DNA of 64,000 nucleotides. It comes from Squalus acanthias (taxonomy: Eukaryota). The translations under genes were made by a program, and so were the position numbers. The notes under the pieces were generated by a model. That model searched no databases, was not told where the DNA came from, and worked only from the letters and a program-made list of their open reading frames with translations. Of the stretch, positions 61,320 to 64,000 are shown in pieces. The stretch lies in NCBI GenBank assembly GCA_030390025.1, contig JASTWF010000502.1:1-64000 (forward strand), written 5' to 3'. Within the stretch, counting starts at the first letter, position 1, and every line of letters starts with the position of its first letter.

Positions 61320-61665
61320 GTTGAAATGCAGGGGGTCCCATGTGTTGAAATGCAGGGGGTCCCATGTGTTTTGGGAGGGTCCCATGTGTTGAAATGCAGG
61401 GGGTCCCATGCGGTGAAATGCAGGGGGTCCCATGCGGTGAAATGCAGGGGGTCCCCCGGGTTTTTTTAGGGGGTCCCATGCGTTGAAATGCAGGGGGTCC
61501 CATGCGTTGAAATGCAGGGGGTCCCATGCGTTGAAATGCAGGGGGTCCCATGCGTTGAAATGCAGGGGGTCCCATGCGTTGAAATGCAGGGGGTCCCATG
61601 TGTTGAAATGCAGGGGGTCCCATGTGTTGAAATGCGGGGGTCCCATGTGTTTTGGGGAGGTCCCC
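61320..61665. repeat. 24-bp minisatellite (tgYgttgaaatgcagggggtccca), about 13 units
   Basis: Directly visible; 8-aa periodicity in the ORF track. Confidence 0.9.
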
Positions 61666-63360
61666 CAAGAGTGATGATTGATGGTCTGATGATTATCATT
61701 GTGAGGTGAGGTGGGCCGGGGCGTGTGTGGGGATCAGTCCTCTTAGTGCTTGGGGGTACGAGGGAAGGGAGAAATCTGTATACTCCTTATGTTTACTTGG
61801 GATCTGCTCAAAAGCTGAAAGAAGCTTGACTCAATTCTCTGGTTTCCACTGCTTTTGACACGGTCCCTGTATTGAGCAGTATTTAGATTAAGACCTCCTT
61901 GAAGCATCTGTGTGCGTGTGTGAATTACTGTTTTGACTGTTGCGTAGACTCTCTCTCCTCCTTTTAAGACGCTCCTTAAAACCTACCTCTTTGACCAAGC
62001 TTTTGGTTCACCTGTCCTAATATCTCCTTACGTGGCTTGGTGTCGAATTTTGCTGCTTGATGAAGCACCTCGGGACGTTTTTGAAGGGGCTACATAATGA
62101 GTGTTGCTGTTGTTGTCGATTGTGCACTCTGGTCTTGGTGTGGGCCGCATCCTTCGGAGCCAAGACTGCTGCCAGCTGAGCCGAGCTGACAACACTGTTG
62201 GTTGTTGTTGAGCATCTCGAGCAGCTGGTACTGGAGCGGGCATTAGCAGAGGTCTGGGAGCAGAGCACTTGTCCAGCCTATTTGGCAAGTGCATGTTGCC
62301 CATGGAGAGCATTGAATGGCTTACAAAGGAGCTTTCGAGCGTGTTGTCAGATCAGCGATTCACTTCGACACCGCCCGAGGGGGGCAGCTCCTTGCTGGGC
62401 GACGATACCCAACTGGTGTGGGAAGATTTTTATTTTAATAAGTGGACCGTGAATATTTTCCGGCGCCTTTTTTGTTGTTTACATGAGGCATGTGGGAATC
62501 TGAAGCCGATTCCTGGAGAGAAAGCGTTCCTGGATATGCATTTAATGTGATCTTTTTTTTTCTTCCTTCTTTTGACTCGAGGCTTGCTTCGATGCAAAGA
62601 AGGACTCTGGCTATTGTGTGCCCAGGGCTGGGACTGAAGCTTTTGTGTGGCGTTTGAGGGATGTTGGCGGGAGGTTGACGTTGCAATCAGCCTTGCCCCT
62701 GGTTCATATTGATTTCCTAATGTCACTTTGCACAAAGCCTCTCGCAGTAGGAGGAGGGAGCGTGGGGAGGGGGGGGGGGGGAGGAGGGAGGAGGGGAGGA
62801 AGAAACAAGCGGCCCTTTAGAACGAAAATGCCCGCAGATAAAAGAACAGAAGTACATTCGGTGGTGCAGCTGTCCATCACTTAACCTTGCAAAGAATGTG
62901 TGGTCACAAAAAGATGATTTGAAATAACCTATAAAGCCTTATTGGAAAAGCCTCTGTTTAAAAAAAAAAGCCAGAACAGGCCACGATCTCGAGTGAGATT
63001 CATTCATAAAAATAAAAACATTTTTTTTTTTAAAGTCTGCCAGAGCAGGAATAATATTTAGTTAGTTGGCTCTGTGCCGGTGAAGGGCTGAATGGATCGA
63101 TTCCTCTAAATGCTTGACACGATTCTCTGGTATCCACAGCTTTTTCTCAGCTTGACTGGCTGGGAAGAAAGGCTTGCTTGGTCTTGCCCATTGCTGCTTA
63201 TTGGTGCTGAGGAGAAATATGAAGTGCTTCACCCCCCCCTCCCCCTCCCCTTTCACCAGGAGAATGAAGAGAAGTGAAGCGGCTTAAAGAACACTGTTAT
63301 TATTTCCACTTGGCCCCCACCGAATAGCTGCCTCTTTGTAAACTGCAGACAAGGCCTATT

Positions 63361-63391
<31 letters not shown>

Positions 63392-64000
63392 TCAAAAAGC
63401 TGCCTGTGACATTCTTTTCATGCCTTTGCACCTTCAGTAATTCACCCAGGCAGCTCATGCCGAGCGCACCTTTCAGGGGATTCGCTCTTGAATCGCCTTA
63501 TTCTGTACCTGCAGCAGTTTGGAAATAAATGGGTTGATGTTTAATGTAAAGCACAGCTGATTAGCAAGTTGTTGGGCCTAATGTTGGCTTGTGTTACAGT
63601 CTCCAGGCCAAATCCCTTCTCTTTGTTTAGCTGGATGAGCGGTTTTCTGGAAGGAGTTGAATAGAGGCTGAAATCTTGCTTATTTGGGTGCCTCCCTCCC
63701 TCCCTCCTCCTCCTCCTCTTCACTTTTTATTGAAGAGTTCAATGATGAAACGTCTGTTCAGTCTTCACATCTTGGCCTAGCTTTCTGTAAAGAGCTGAAT
63801 TGCTTTGAGAGAGTCCTTGTGTTGGAAGTGGTTGGCAGTTTGAATCTAGCTTTTAATCCCTAGCTAACTTGCCTTTTTCAACAACAAAAAAAACCAACTG
63901 CACATTATTCATGGCGACATGGGAATATCGTACAGGGCGTTGTGTGTGTGACTGGCGGCATGTCTCACCCTCCGGCTTCTAACCGTCCTATCGAGGTATA

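Noticed and set aside
61236-61709. Repetitive ORFs (MQGVPCVE)n
   Set aside because: 24-bp minisatellite.
63960-63982. VSPS codons resembling exon 9 (NNSVSPS)
   Set aside because: No acceptor and an in-frame stop follows; exon 9 probably lies beyond the window.

Overview
Vertebrate genomic DNA, almost certainly from a cartilaginous fish (shark), judged from its repeats: Deu-domain SacSINE1-like SINEs, CR1 and L2 LINE 3' ends and Penelope-like fragments. The window holds the 5' part of one + strand Groucho/TLE corepressor gene, best matching TLE3. It has a CpG-island promoter near 19.0-19.4 kb, a long 5' leader rich in uORFs, coding exons 1-4 (20447-21913), exon 7 (54891-55095) and the 17-nt exon 8 (56401-56417). 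I could not find the expected exons 5-6 in the called sequence, and there are two assembly gaps in that interval. The most notable non-coding signal is a set of minimal type-I hammerhead ribozymes from two Penelope-like element families. These include a ~280-bp palindrome with a hammerhead on each strand inside the TLE intron, and ~125-bp hammerhead mini-elements, one showing a compensatory base-pair change and one with a target-site duplication. Other candidates: an in-frame 30-nt microexon (QHHAIYPPLM) with downstream RBFOX motifs, a 28-unit minisatellite with a CTCF-like motif in each unit just upstream of it, a poison exon in intron 2, an (ATG)6 run in the leader and a solo LTR carrying a CTCF motif. 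Repeat boundaries were read by eye and are approximate.
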